Of a stretch of 64,000 nt of DNA, positions 18,372 to 28,500 are shown piece by piece. Each line of letters begins with the position of its first letter. Position 1 is the first letter of the stretch. Source of the stretch: an uncultured bacterium. GTDB lineage: Bacteria; Fidelibacterota; UBA2242. The DNA lies in assembly GCA_964588795.1 (NCBI GenBank), contig CAZPQN010000010.1, forward strand, positions 1,148-65,147. The letters are read 5' to 3'. The position numbers were made by a program, and so were the translations under genes. The notes below the pieces were generated by a model. That model was not told the DNA's origin and made no database searches. It saw only the letters and a list, made by a program, of their open reading frames with translations.

Positions 18372-21227
18372 ATGCACTGGTTAAAAAACAACAAGACCGA
18401 AGCTAGCTTAGCCCTCCTGACGCTGATCCTGAGTTTCCTGGTATACCTCGCGACAATGGCCCCGACTGTGCCGTTTTGGGACTGCGGGGAATTCATCGCC
18501 ACTTCTTATACCCTGGGTGTGCCCCACCCGCCAGGCAGTCCGTTGTACCTATTAATCGGACGCCTGTTTTCCATGCTACCGACCAATCCGAGCATTGCCT
18601 TCCGCGTCAATCTGATCTCACCCATCGTGAGCGCCCTGGCGGTCATGTTCCTGTTTCTGATAATCGGACAATTGCTGAAGAACTGGTTTGATAGCCAGAA
18701 CACGCTCGCCAAAATTGCCCGTTACGGCGGAGCTTTTATCGGGGCCATGACTTTTGCATTTACGGACAGTCACTGGTTCAATGCGGTGGAGGCGGAAGTA
18801 TATGCCTTTTCAACCTTCCTGACAGCTATCGTAGTCTGGCTGATTTTGGTTTGGGAAGAAAAGTCGGATCAACCCGGACACGAACGCTATCTGTTGCTGA
18901 TCGTCTATATCATCGGTCTGGCAATCGGCATTCATCTGCTTAATCTGCTGGCGATCTTTTTCATCGCGCTGGTGATTTATTTCAAGAAATACACCGTCAC
19001 CTCGGTGGGCTGGTTGATTGTAGATATTATCGTCGGTGTCGCCGCGATTGGTTTGATTTTCTTCTTTTTCCTGCAATTTAAAGTGCCTTTCGAACTGCAG
19101 GCGATACTAACCCTGGCCATTTTTCTGCTGGTTTATTTCCAGATCTATAAAAAAGCCGCCAAACCCCGCTTTCAGGAACATGCCCGCAATGTCCTCATGG
19201 CGATGGCGGCTTCCGGCGCCTACCTCGTCATCAACAGCGGAATTATCCGCGGTCTGCCGACGATTGCCGATACGTTCGGAATTGGGGCGGTGGCCGTGAC
19301 CATCATTGCCCTCTTAGCGGTGACCGCCTGGTTTATTTTAAAAAAGTACAACCTGTTGGCGCTCATCGCCATGGCGCTGGTTCTGATTGTCGTAGGCTAT
19401 TCTTCCTATACCATGATTTTTGTGCGGAGCAACCAGGATCCCACGATTGACGAAAACGATCCGGAGACCACTCACCAGGCGGTTGCCTACTTGGAACGCG
19501 AGCAGTATGGTCAACGCTCATTCACCGATATATTCGACCGCGCCAAATGGAAACCCGAAGCCGCCTATAAGTACAAAGGGGCCTGGGATTATTTCTGGAA
19601 GTACCAGATCAATTATATGTATATCCGTTACTTCAACTGGCAGTTCATCGGTCGCAAGGGCGACAGTGTTAATCCCTTTCAATTTATTCTGCCCCTGCCG
19701 TTCATAATCGGGCTGTACGGCATGGTGACTCACTTCGGGCGGGACAAACATAAGGCGTTAGGCGTTTTAGCCCTTTTCCTGTTTACCGGCCTGATGATTG
19801 TCCTGTATCTCAATCAGGACGATCCCCAGCCGCGTGAGCGAGACTATTCCTATGTCGGCTCCTTTTTTGCCTTTGCGATCTGGATCGGGATAGGGGTGGC
19901 GACGCTGATCAGCTACTTCAGCCAGCTGAAGAGTGTCCGCTGGCGCAAACCTTTGACCTGGCTCGCAACGATAGCGCTGGTGATTATTCTGCCAGTCAAT
20001 CTGTTGCAGGCCAATTACCGGGAGCATGACCGCACCGGCAATTTTGTCGCCTGGGACTATTCCTATAATCTCCTGCAATCCTGCGCCCAGGATGGCATCC
20101 TGTTCACCAACGGAGACAATGACACTTTTCCGCTCTGGTACCTGCAGGAAGTCGAAAAAATCCGCCAGGATGTCAAAGTTGTCAACCTCAGCCTGCTCAA
20201 CACCCCCTGGTATATCAAGCAACTCCGGAACAGCGAACCGAAAATCGCGATCGGCGACTTGTCCGATCAGATGATTGACCAGATCAATTTGGTGCGCTGG
20301 GAAAAGCGCAAAGTCAAAATCAGTCCTCCACCGGACAGCAAATTACCTCCAATGGAATGGGAGATGGAACCCACCTGGCGCTACGGACAGATGGGCGCCC
20401 TGCGTGTGCAGGACCTCATGATCATGCAGATCCTCGAGGCCAATCGCTGGAAACGTCCGGTCTATTTTGCCGTCACCGTCTCGCCGGAGAACAAACTCGG
20501 CATGGATGAGTACCTGCAGATGGAAGGGCTGACCTTCAGAATCCATCCGCAAAAGGTCCGGCGCATCAATCCCCAGAAAATCGCCGACAACATCAACAAT
20601 GTCTATCTTTTCCGCAATCTGAACAATCCTGACGTCTATTACGATGACAATATCATCCGCCTCATCGGCAATTACCGCTCAGCCTTCCTGCAACTGGCGG
20701 TTGACCGGTTGTACAGCAACGACCGCGCCGGCATGCTGGCCGCGCTCGATTCGATGTCCGCGAAAATGCCGGAAACGATTTTTCCGATTGGTAATGATGA
20801 CGTCTATCTGCAGGTCGGTCTGTTATATTTTGAAGGTGGGCGGCAAGGCTCCGCCGAACAGCCCTCGGACCTGGAAATCCGACTCGAAAGCTTGGTCAGT
20901 CAGGCGAATCAGAGCGTGAAAAACAAATTGAAGTACGCTTCCATCTATGCCCAGCACCTCAAACGATTTGACAAAGCGCAGTCCATCCTCGAGGCCCTGA
21001 ACCTGCAAAAGCCACTCGACCCCGAAATTGCTGGCTATCTGGTCAAGATCTATGAAGAGACCAAGCAATATGACAAAGCGCTGGGAATTCTGGACGCGTG
21101 GTTGGCGGTGCACCCCGATGACCAGAGTGCGACCGCGATGCGCGACCGGTACCGCACCCAACTTACACCCGCCCAGAAGGCACGGATGGATTCGCTTAGC
21201 CGGGTGCAATTTAAACCAGCGTCATAA
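18372..21227 (+). CDS. DUF2723 (TMEM260-like, GT-C fold) polytopic membrane protein with a C-terminal TPR-like domain; putative protein glycosyltransferase
   Basis: N-terminal 'FWDCGEFIATSYTLGVPHPPGSPLY' DUF2723 motif, at least 10 TM helices, and a soluble helical-repeat C-terminal region. Confidence 0.65.
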   Translation: MHWLKNNKTEASLALLTLILSFLVYLATMAPTVPFWDCGEFIATSYTLGVPHPPGSPLYLLIGRLFSMLPTNPSIAFRVNLISPIVSALAVMFLFLIIGQLLKNWFDSQNTLAKIARYGGAFIGAMTFAFTDSHWFNAVEAEVYAFSTFLTAIVVWLILVWEEKSDQPGHERYLLLIVYIIGLAIGIHLLNLLAIFFIALVIYFKKYTVTSVGWLIVDIIVGVAAIGLIFFFFLQFKVPFELQAILTLAIFLLVYFQIYKKAAKPRFQEHARNVLMAMAASGAYLVINSGIIRGLPTIADTFGIGAVAVTIIALLAVTAWFILKKYNLLALIAMALVLIVVGYSSYTMIFVRSNQDPTIDENDPETTHQAVAYLEREQYGQRSFTDIFDRAKWKPEAAYKYKGAWDYFWKYQINYMYIRYFNWQFIGRKGDSVNPFQFILPLPFIIGLYGMVTHFGRDKHKALGVLALFLFTGLMIVLYLNQDDPQPRERDYSYVGSFFAFAIWIGIGVATLISYFSQLKSVRWRKPLTWLATIALVIILPVNLLQANYREHDRTGNFVAWDYSYNLLQSCAQDGILFTNGDNDTFPLWYLQEVEKIRQDVKVVNLSLLNTPWYIKQLRNSEPKIAIGDLSDQMIDQINLVRWEKRKVKISPPPDSKLPPMEWEMEPTWRYGQMGALRVQDLMIMQILEANRWKRPVYFAVTVSPENKLGMDEYLQMEGLTFRIHPQKVRRINPQKIADNINNVYLFRNLNNPDVYYDDNIIRLIGNYRSAFLQLAVDRLYSNDRAGMLAALDSMSAKMPETIFPIGNDDVYLQVGLLYFEGGRQGSAEQPSDLEIRLESLVSQANQSVKNKLKYASIYAQHLKRFDKAQSILEALNLQKPLDPEIAGYLVKIYEETKQYDKALGILDAWLAVHPDDQSATAMRDRYRTQLTPAQKARMDSLSRVQFKPAS

Positions 21228-21236
21228 TTTATCTCC

Positions 21237-22286
21237 ATGACGGAAGCTCCGGCAGTTTCGGTCGTAATTCCCCATTTTAACGGGACGGCGATTCTGCGTG
21301 ACTGCCTGGCGTCGCTGTACGGCTCGACTCGCTTAAATTTAGAAGTCCTGCTGGTTGATAACGCTTCGACCGACGACAGCCTGGCCATGGTGCGTCGGGA
21401 ATTTCCGCAGGTCACGATTTTAAGTCTGACCCAAAACCGTGGCTTTGCCGGTGGGTGCAATGTCGGGATTCGTGCCGCCCGCGCGCCCCTGGTGCTCATC
21501 CTGAATAACGATACGATTCATCAGAACGGATGGCTGGAACTTTTGGTCGCGAAACTGCAATCAAGGGTGGAAATTGCCGCAGTTCAGCCCAAAATCCGGT
21601 CATATCAGACTCGTGCCGCTTTCGATTATTCCGGGGCGGCTGGCGGTGAAATGGACCTTTTTGCCTACCCCTTTGCCCGCGGACGCATCTTCGAGGCGCT
21701 CGAAACCGACACCGGCCAGTATGACACCTGGCCGGAGCAAATTTTCTGGGCTTCAGGCACGGCCTTTTTGGCGCGTCGTGAATTCCTGTTGGCGGTGGGG
21801 CTGTTTGATGAAACATTTTTCGCCCACATGGAAGAGATTGACCTGCAGTGGCGCTTACAGTTGATGGGTTATGAAATTGTGGTGGAGCCGAGAGCTGTCA
21901 TCTGGCATCGCAGTGGCTATACCCTGGGTGCCGAAGCGCCGCTGAAAAAATATTTGAATCATCGCAACAGCTGGTTGATGTTTCTGACCAATTATCGTCC
22001 CCTGCTGACCCTCTATTTGACACCCCTGCGTCTGGGACTGGACTATTTGGCGGTGTGTTTTTCGCTTTTACGTCGGGACTGGGGCCGCGCGGCGGGGATT
22101 TTACGCGCGCAGCTCTGGTTGGTGGGTCACGGGCCAACAATTCTCCGGCGACGAAGACAGGTCAAAGCATTGCGCCGGTGTAGCGACCGCCAGGTCAGCC
22201 GGCGTTTATTTCATGGCAGTGTGGCGCTGAGTTTTTATTTATTGAAGCGCCGTCACTGTAACGACCTGTTTTCAAACGCGGCGTAA
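21237..22286 (+). CDS. Family 2 glycosyltransferase
   Basis: 'VSVVIPHFNG...LLVDNASTDDS' GT2 (GT-A) signature and a DxD region. Lies 9 nt downstream of the DUF2723 gene. Confidence 0.8.
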   Translation: MTEAPAVSVVIPHFNGTAILRDCLASLYGSTRLNLEVLLVDNASTDDSLAMVRREFPQVTILSLTQNRGFAGGCNVGIRAARAPLVLILNNDTIHQNGWLELLVAKLQSRVEIAAVQPKIRSYQTRAAFDYSGAAGGEMDLFAYPFARGRIFEALETDTGQYDTWPEQIFWASGTAFLARREFLLAVGLFDETFFAHMEEIDLQWRLQLMGYEIVVEPRAVIWHRSGYTLGAEAPLKKYLNHRNSWLMFLTNYRPLLTLYLTPLRLGLDYLAVCFSLLRRDWGRAAGILRAQLWLVGHGPTILRRRRQVKALRRCSDRQVSRRLFHGSVALSFYLLKRRHCNDLFSNAA

Positions 22287-22288
22287 AA

Positions 22289-23146
22289 TTAAGGCGTCGC
22301 CGGGCGTTCGCTCAGGATTTTGTCGTAGACAGCTTTGTTGTCGGGATCGAGTGCCAGCAGTTTGCGTTGCTGAGCCGGTGAGCCGTGTTCCTTGATGACG
22401 AGCATAAAATCGCGAGCGTGGGCATCGAGAAAAACGCGCAGGTTGCGTTCACGGCTGTTTTCGCTAAAGGTTGCCTCGATGCAGCCCAGGGCTTTATCGA
22501 GCACCGGGGGAACTTCAGCCGTTTTTTTCTGATCGGATAAATCCACCGCCAGCCAGAAGTAATATTTGGTCATTCGGTAATTGCGCTGGCGCAGAATCTC
22601 GTCCTGAACCTGGAGGCGTTCTTTCCAGCCTTGGGGACGCTCCGACATCTGGGCGCGGGTGGCAATGTCGCGCGCTTTTTCATAAGCATTATTGCCGCCC
22701 AAAAGTTCATAGGTGTCCAGTTCGCCGGCAATCAGCATCCAGGCATAGTAATCGAGCACACTGGTCAGCGAATGGCTCATGTCTGAATGTACAACCGGAT
22801 CGTTGGGATTATAGACAAATTTGAAGGACTTTTCGAAAAAGCGCTGGTCGCCGGATTCATTGGTGATAAACATCTGAGCGGTGAAAACCCGCTCTGCTCC
22901 GGCAGTGCCGACGCTTTGGGGGAAGATGCTGATCTTAATCGGAATCTGCATGCCGTAACTGTTTTCAATCCACTGAAAGGACTCAAAATAGGCCGGGAGC
23001 AGACGCTCCAGCACTTTCAAATCCGCACGCTCCTTCTCCGGCATGCGCTCCACGGAAATTTCGGCGTTGACTTCGACGAACTGGGCGAAAGAGATGATCG
23101 GATAGCATACAATCAACAGCCAGTGCTTAAACCCGCTGCTATTCAT
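22289..23146 (-). CDS. DUF4835-like exported hypothetical protein
   Basis: Signal peptide. 'FKFVYNPNDP...VLDYYAWMLIAGELDTY...LRVFLDAHARDF' resembles the Bacteroidota DUF4835 family. Confidence 0.4.
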   Translation of the reverse strand: MNSSGFKHWLLIVCYPIISFAQFVEVNAEISVERMPEKERADLKVLERLLPAYFESFQWIENSYGMQIPIKISIFPQSVGTAGAERVFTAQMFITNESGDQRFFEKSFKFVYNPNDPVVHSDMSHSLTSVLDYYAWMLIAGELDTYELLGGNNAYEKARDIATRAQMSERPQGWKERLQVQDEILRQRNYRMTKYYFWLAVDLSDQKKTAEVPPVLDKALGCIEATFSENSRERNLRVFLDAHARDFMLVIKEHGSPAQQRKLLALDPDNKAVYDKILSERPATP

Positions 23147-23328
23147 AAACTACACTCCTCAAAAAGGCCGTTTAACAGGTAAAAGCTAAAATGCGCCTTT
23201 GTCATATTTGCCTGGAATATAATAATTCTGCTGCAAACTTGAAAACGGCATCATCGACTCCATTTTGGCAATTGATTAAATGGTGTTTTCTTGCTACATT
23301 TTGCCGTTTCCATAAACGTGGAGTGGCC

Positions 23329-24786
23329 ATGACCAATACGAATCAGTTACGCACATGGATTGCCCTAACCGTCCTGTTGTTAGGGGGAATGACCAGCTTC
23401 GGCGCGGGTCAGAAACGCCTGACCAAGGAACCACGTCCGGCCTGGATTGATAATCCCCAGCCCGGTTACTATATCGGTATCTCACATAAGTTCCCGGAGG
23501 AAGCCGATGCCCGGACGGATGCGCTCAACAACGCCAAGCGTCAGATCATTGAATCCCTGGGCGGGATAGTCGAAAGCGAACTGATTGACTCGATTATTGA
23601 GTCCGGTGCAACGGTAAAAACCCAGGATGCCTTTACCAACTCCCGGGTGAAGGTGGTGGCCAAAAATATCGTGGCGGTCAAGCCGGAAAGGACTTTCGTC
23701 GAGGAATATCAGGAAAACTCCGGGCGACGCGCACAGAAAAGCTATCTGGCTTTCGTAATGGTCTATTTTGACGAGGCGGCGCACCGGGAGTTTTTGCAAC
23801 AGCTGGTCGCGGAAACGGTAATGCTTGGCAATCAGCAATTTCTTGCGGCGCAAACGCAAGCAAACGCCGGGCAAATTTTTTTGGCGATTGATCAACTGCG
23901 TCAGGTCGCAAAGAATATCCAACCCCTGACCGAAATTACCGGATTGCCGGCGCCGGAAATGCGTGATATCCAAGCTTTTCAGGAGCAGGTGCGGGCGGGC
24001 ATTGAAACTATCCGTACCGGTCTCCGGATTGAGATTCGCGGAGAGCGACAAGTCACCAAATGGGGCGAGGGTCTGCCCGAGCCACTGGTGGTTATGGTGT
24101 CCTGCCAGATTGGCGAGAAACGGGTTGAGCTACCCGGACTCGCGGTTGATTTTAATGTCACTACTGGTCAGGCTATTCTGACCCCGCAGGTTAGCACCAA
24201 TGCTCAGGGAGAAGCGGTTTGTCAGGTGACTGAAGTGCGGACCAGCCAGCCACTGAAAATCGCCGCGCGGGTGCATTTTCCGGAAGGTTATGACGTATCA
24301 TCCAATAGCGCAATCTTCAATCTTTTGCCGGATAACCGGGTTGTTGTGAAAGTGACGGAGTTAAATTTGGGAAAGGTTGTGGCACTGTCTAACCTAGAAA
24401 ATGCCCTGTCCCAGGCTCTGACTGCCGCGGGCTTTACGATTTTGGAAAATAATCCCTTCGCACAGTTTGACCGTCAGCGGTTGGAAAACCTGTCACCGGC
24501 AGAGATTGGGCAGCTGGCGAAAAACAGCGGCGCCGATCTGATTTTACTGGGCAGCATCGTTGCCGACCAGCCGAGTAAAATCCAGGAAGATTTTTACTTT
24601 ATGCGGGCTAAGGGCACGCTGAAAATCTTCAATGCCCGGCGCCAGACGGTGATTGACAACTTTTTGATCGAGGATAAAAGTGCCGGCAATTCGCCGGAAA
24701 ACGCAGGCGCCAAAGCCATTGCCAAGGTAAGCGATTTGCTGGTGAAAAAAATGCGGGATTCACTGCTGGGTGGGTCGGAGCCCTGA
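23329..24786 (+). CDS. Exported protein with an N-terminal LPP20-like domain (tentative), first gene of the caspase operon
   Basis: Signal peptide from the internal Met at 23329. 'GYYIGISHKFPEEADARTDALNNAKRQIIESLGG' resembles LPP20/FlgP-type lipoprotein domains. Confidence 0.45.
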   Translation: MTNTNQLRTWIALTVLLLGGMTSFGAGQKRLTKEPRPAWIDNPQPGYYIGISHKFPEEADARTDALNNAKRQIIESLGGIVESELIDSIIESGATVKTQDAFTNSRVKVVAKNIVAVKPERTFVEEYQENSGRRAQKSYLAFVMVYFDEAAHREFLQQLVAETVMLGNQQFLAAQTQANAGQIFLAIDQLRQVAKNIQPLTEITGLPAPEMRDIQAFQEQVRAGIETIRTGLRIEIRGERQVTKWGEGLPEPLVVMVSCQIGEKRVELPGLAVDFNVTTGQAILTPQVSTNAQGEAVCQVTEVRTSQPLKIAARVHFPEGYDVSSNSAIFNLLPDNRVVVKVTELNLGKVVALSNLENALSQALTAAGFTILENNPFAQFDRQRLENLSPAEIGQLAKNSGADLILLGSIVADQPSKIQEDFYFMRAKGTLKIFNARRQTVIDNFLIEDKSAGNSPENAGAKAIAKVSDLLVKKMRDSLLGGSEP

Positions 24787-24818
24787 TCCGGATTGTCTGA
24801 TCTCACAAACAGCATGGG

Positions 24819-24868
24819 GAAAAATCCGATAGTTTTTGGTTGTAATTTAGCTGAAAAACTGATAGTTT
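24819..24868. repeat. Two copies of a ~16-nt direct repeat GAAAAA(T)C(C/T)GATAGTTT spaced ~34 nt apart, in the intergenic region upstream of the coiled-coil lipoprotein gene
   Basis: Read directly: GAAAAATCCGATAGTTT at 24819-24835 and GAAAAACTGATAGTTT at 24853-24868. Confidence 0.4.
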
Positions 24869-24965
24869 CGAACAATGGCGGCGCAATTGGAAATACGATC
24901 CCAATTCAGAACCGGCGCAGATACCGGTTCGCAACCCAAACAGGTATAACAAACAAGAGGACTTT

Positions 24966-25580
24966 ATGAAAAACAGATGGCTGATATTATCGATCGGGGT
25001 GCTGACTCTATTGAGCGGATGCTCGTCGCTAACTTTTATCCCCACCCCGCCGGCGGCGACGCTGGCAACCACTGATTACGTAAATAAGCAAATGACGACA
25101 GTAGCGGAAAGAACAACGCAGGAGCTGCTCGAAAAGACTCGTAGTATTCTGGATGAAGCATTGGCGACAGAACGCGCCCGGTTGGATGAATTAAAAAGTA
25201 CGATGGAGAGCCAGCAGAAAGATATCGCGTCCACTATGGAATTTATCAAACAGTCCAAACAGGAAATTGACCAGACGGTGACTACCATTCAGGATATTGT
25301 TGCCAAGGAGCGGAAGAAGGTTGACCTGTTTAAAAGAGAAGTTGCCGACAGTTTGGATAATCTTTGGAATGGCATAAATCAATTGCAGACGACTGACCAA
25401 AAATTGCAGGAAAATATCGCCTTGCTCGAAGCGAACATCAATAGGTTAGAGAAGGCTAACGAGCAACTGCGTCAGGATATCGCGCAGATCAATGTCCGCC
25501 TCGAGGGCATGCCCAAGGAGACGATGTTGGCCCTGCGCAAAGCCATCGAGAATTTTTATCAGCTCCAGTCGGGGAATTGA
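24966..25580 (+). CDS. Coiled-coil lipoprotein of unknown function
   Basis: Lipobox LLSGC, then about 150 aa of heptad-like Q/E/K-rich sequence. Its stop overlaps the start of the caspase gene. Confidence 0.55.
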   Translation: MKNRWLILSIGVLTLLSGCSSLTFIPTPPAATLATTDYVNKQMTTVAERTTQELLEKTRSILDEALATERARLDELKSTMESQQKDIASTMEFIKQSKQEIDQTVTTIQDIVAKERKKVDLFKREVADSLDNLWNGINQLQTTDQKLQENIALLEANINRLEKANEQLRQDIAQINVRLEGMPKETMLALRKAIENFYQLQSGN

Positions 25581-28500
25581 CTGATGCTGAGAGTGTGGAG
25601 GTTGGTATGAAGTGCCCAATTTTTTCCAAAAGTCGTTCGCGCCGGGGTCGGCTATCCCGGCTGATGGCGCTGGGTCTGCTTGTAGGTCTGATGCTCACAC
25701 TGCCGGTGCAGGGGCAGGAGGTTAGCTTTGAAACCGCCCAGACCAAACTCGCTCAACTGCTGGCCAGTCTGGGTAATTTGGATACTGAAATCCAGCAGGA
25801 AATCGAAAAGGCGCTGACCGCCGAGCTGGATCTCCGTCCCAAGGGCGAATTTGAGTCTACGGCCGAGTACGATGAACGACTTTGCCAAAATGAAACCCGG
25901 CGGCAGGAAATTGCGGCGCGCTACGAGGAACAAAAGACGGAACGCCGGGCAATATTGGACAAGGAACTGGAATTGCTGACCAGCAAAGCTTATCCCACGC
26001 CGATTCAACTGGAGCTGGGTTATTACCGGCCAGAGTTGGAGCGCTTTCCCTTTACCGTGCCCAAATACCAGAAAAAGGGCAGTTTGCTGATTCCCAAATC
26101 CATCGCCCAGCAGTTTAAGGAAGGCTTTGCCAATCTCAAACCCATTGGCTATTTTCAACTGTCACGCGACGGCGAAACCCGCCTCATCTACGTGGTGGTC
26201 GAGTTCAATGGTCAACCCTACACAGCCCGCACCGACCGGCGGATGCAGAGTATCAAGAATTTAGCGACCTTTAAAAACCATAGCCGCTCGGTCAATGCGG
26301 TGGTTTTTAATCCGGACGGAAGTTTACTGGCTACCGGCAGTGACGACAAGACGGTTAAAATCTGGGACGTGAAGAAGCAGACCCTGCTTTACAACCTGAC
26401 CGGGCATACCAAGTACGTTACGGCTTTGGCATTTCATCCCAGTGAACCGGTATTGGCCAGTGGCGGTTCGGATGGCTTGCTGATCATCTGGCAAATTGAC
26501 GGTCAGAAAATTTTGCAGAAGATCATGGTCCATCCGGAAGGCATCAAATCTCTGGCTTTCAGTCCCGACGGAAAGATCGTTGCCACCGCCGCGGCGGACT
26601 ACAAGATCTATCTCTATCAGGTAAGCGATGCGACCTGTTTGCAGACTTTGAGTGGACATACCGATGAAATCCACGCCCTGACCTTCAGCCCGGACAATCT
26701 CTGTTTGGTGAGCACCGGCTATGACCAGTCCATCCGCCTGTGGAGCGTGAAGGATGGCAGTAATATCAAAACCATTACCAAGGCGCATCCTTTATGGATT
26801 AATGCCATCGCCTATAGCCCGGATGGCGAACAAATTGCCAGTGCCGGTGATGATAAAATTGTCAAGATATGGAACGCCAAGGATCTTTCTCCGCAAAAAA
26901 CTTTCAGCGATCTGCCTGCCGGTGTCATCGCATTGGCGTTCAGCAATCCGGACGGTTTGACAATTGCTTGCGGGCTCGAAGACAACACGTTATTGTTCAA
27001 GCGGGTGGCCGATGGAACCACGCTGTTCAGCAACAAAGAACACAGTGGCACGGTGAAATCCGCCGCCTACGATGTGCAAGGGAAGCTCCTGGCGACTGCC
27101 AGCGAGGACCGCACGGTTAGGTTATGGGAAATCGTTTATGATGAAATGGCGGAGCTGGCGGGCGCCAGCGACGTGGTACGGACCATTGCCGGGGCGGCAA
27201 ACGGCCTGCCACCGAAACTGCGGGCTGAAATCAATTTCAGCGAACCCTCGGGCAACAACTTTCTGGATGCCAACGAAACCGGGCTCCTGAAAATCACCGT
27301 AATCAATAACGGGCAGGGGCCGGGTTTTGCCGTCTCGGCGGTACTGTCCGGTACTCAGAACCCGGAGCTGGATTATCCTCCGCGCACTTTGATCGGCGAT
27401 ATCAACCCCGGAGAGAGCAAGACCGTGGAAATTGCGCTTAAAGCGCGCTATAAAATGTCCGCCGATTCCATTGCCCTCAACTGTAACATCATCGAGGCCA
27501 ACGGTTTTAATCTCGATCCCATGCAGATCCAATTCGAGACTCGTCCCTATTTTGTCAACTTGGTCAATGCCGGCATCCAGGTCACTGACCAGAGCGGTAA
27601 CGGCATGATTGAGCCGGAGGAAATTGTCGAAGTAACGGTCAGGTTGCAGAATCAGGGTACCAGTGTAGCACGCGATGTACGCGCCGCTCTGCGACTGGGC
27701 GATAATGTCTTCTTTGTCGGCAAGGACACCAAAGAGCGGGTTCAGCAAACTCCGATCGGCGATTTGCCGGCGGGCGACTTTCGGGATTTGACGATCAAGG
27801 TCTACACCAACAACGTGGCGACGGCGGTTCCGGTTTTCCTGACGGTCTCGGAGTACTATCGGGAATGGGGCGTCGTCAACCTCCCGGTCGAGCTGAGTTT
27901 CAATCAGCGCTTAGCCACGATGCAGCAATTTGTGGTCAAGGGCAAGGAGGACGGCAGTAAGTATGTGACCGACGGATTCTCGATAGACGTGGAGCTGAAT
28001 ATTCCTGCCGGACAGGGCGTTAAAAATGATGCTGTCGCCCTGATCATTGCCAACCGCAAGTACCAGAACAGCGACATTCCGGAGGTTAGCTTCGCCCACC
28101 GCGATGGCGAATTTGTCAAACAATACCTGCTAAAAACTTTAGGTTTTCGGGAAGGCAATATCCTGGTCTACAATGACGCCACCCAGTCTCAATTCAAGAC
28201 CGCTCTCCAGAAATTGGCCAATACCGCCAAAGACACCGCCGAAATTTTCTTCTATTACGTCGGGCACGGGGCTCCTGATCCCGAGAGCAAACGTGGCTAT
28301 TTCGTACCTGTGGATTGCGACCCTAACTATGTCAGCGTGGGCGGCATCGCTCTGGATTACTTCTATGAACAACTCAATAATATCAAAACGGCGGCCACTA
28401 CCGTCATGATTGATGCCTGCTTCTCGGGCAGTAGCAACGAGGGCATGTTGATCAAGAACGTCAGTCCGGTCATGATCGAGATCGAAAAGGGGCACACGCT

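Noticed and set aside
23191-23328. Longer start (MRLCHICLEYNN...) for the LPP20-like protein
   Set aside because: The extension is Cys/Phe-rich with no signal sequence, whereas Met at 23329 begins a classic signal peptide. The extension also lies in the divergent promoter region.
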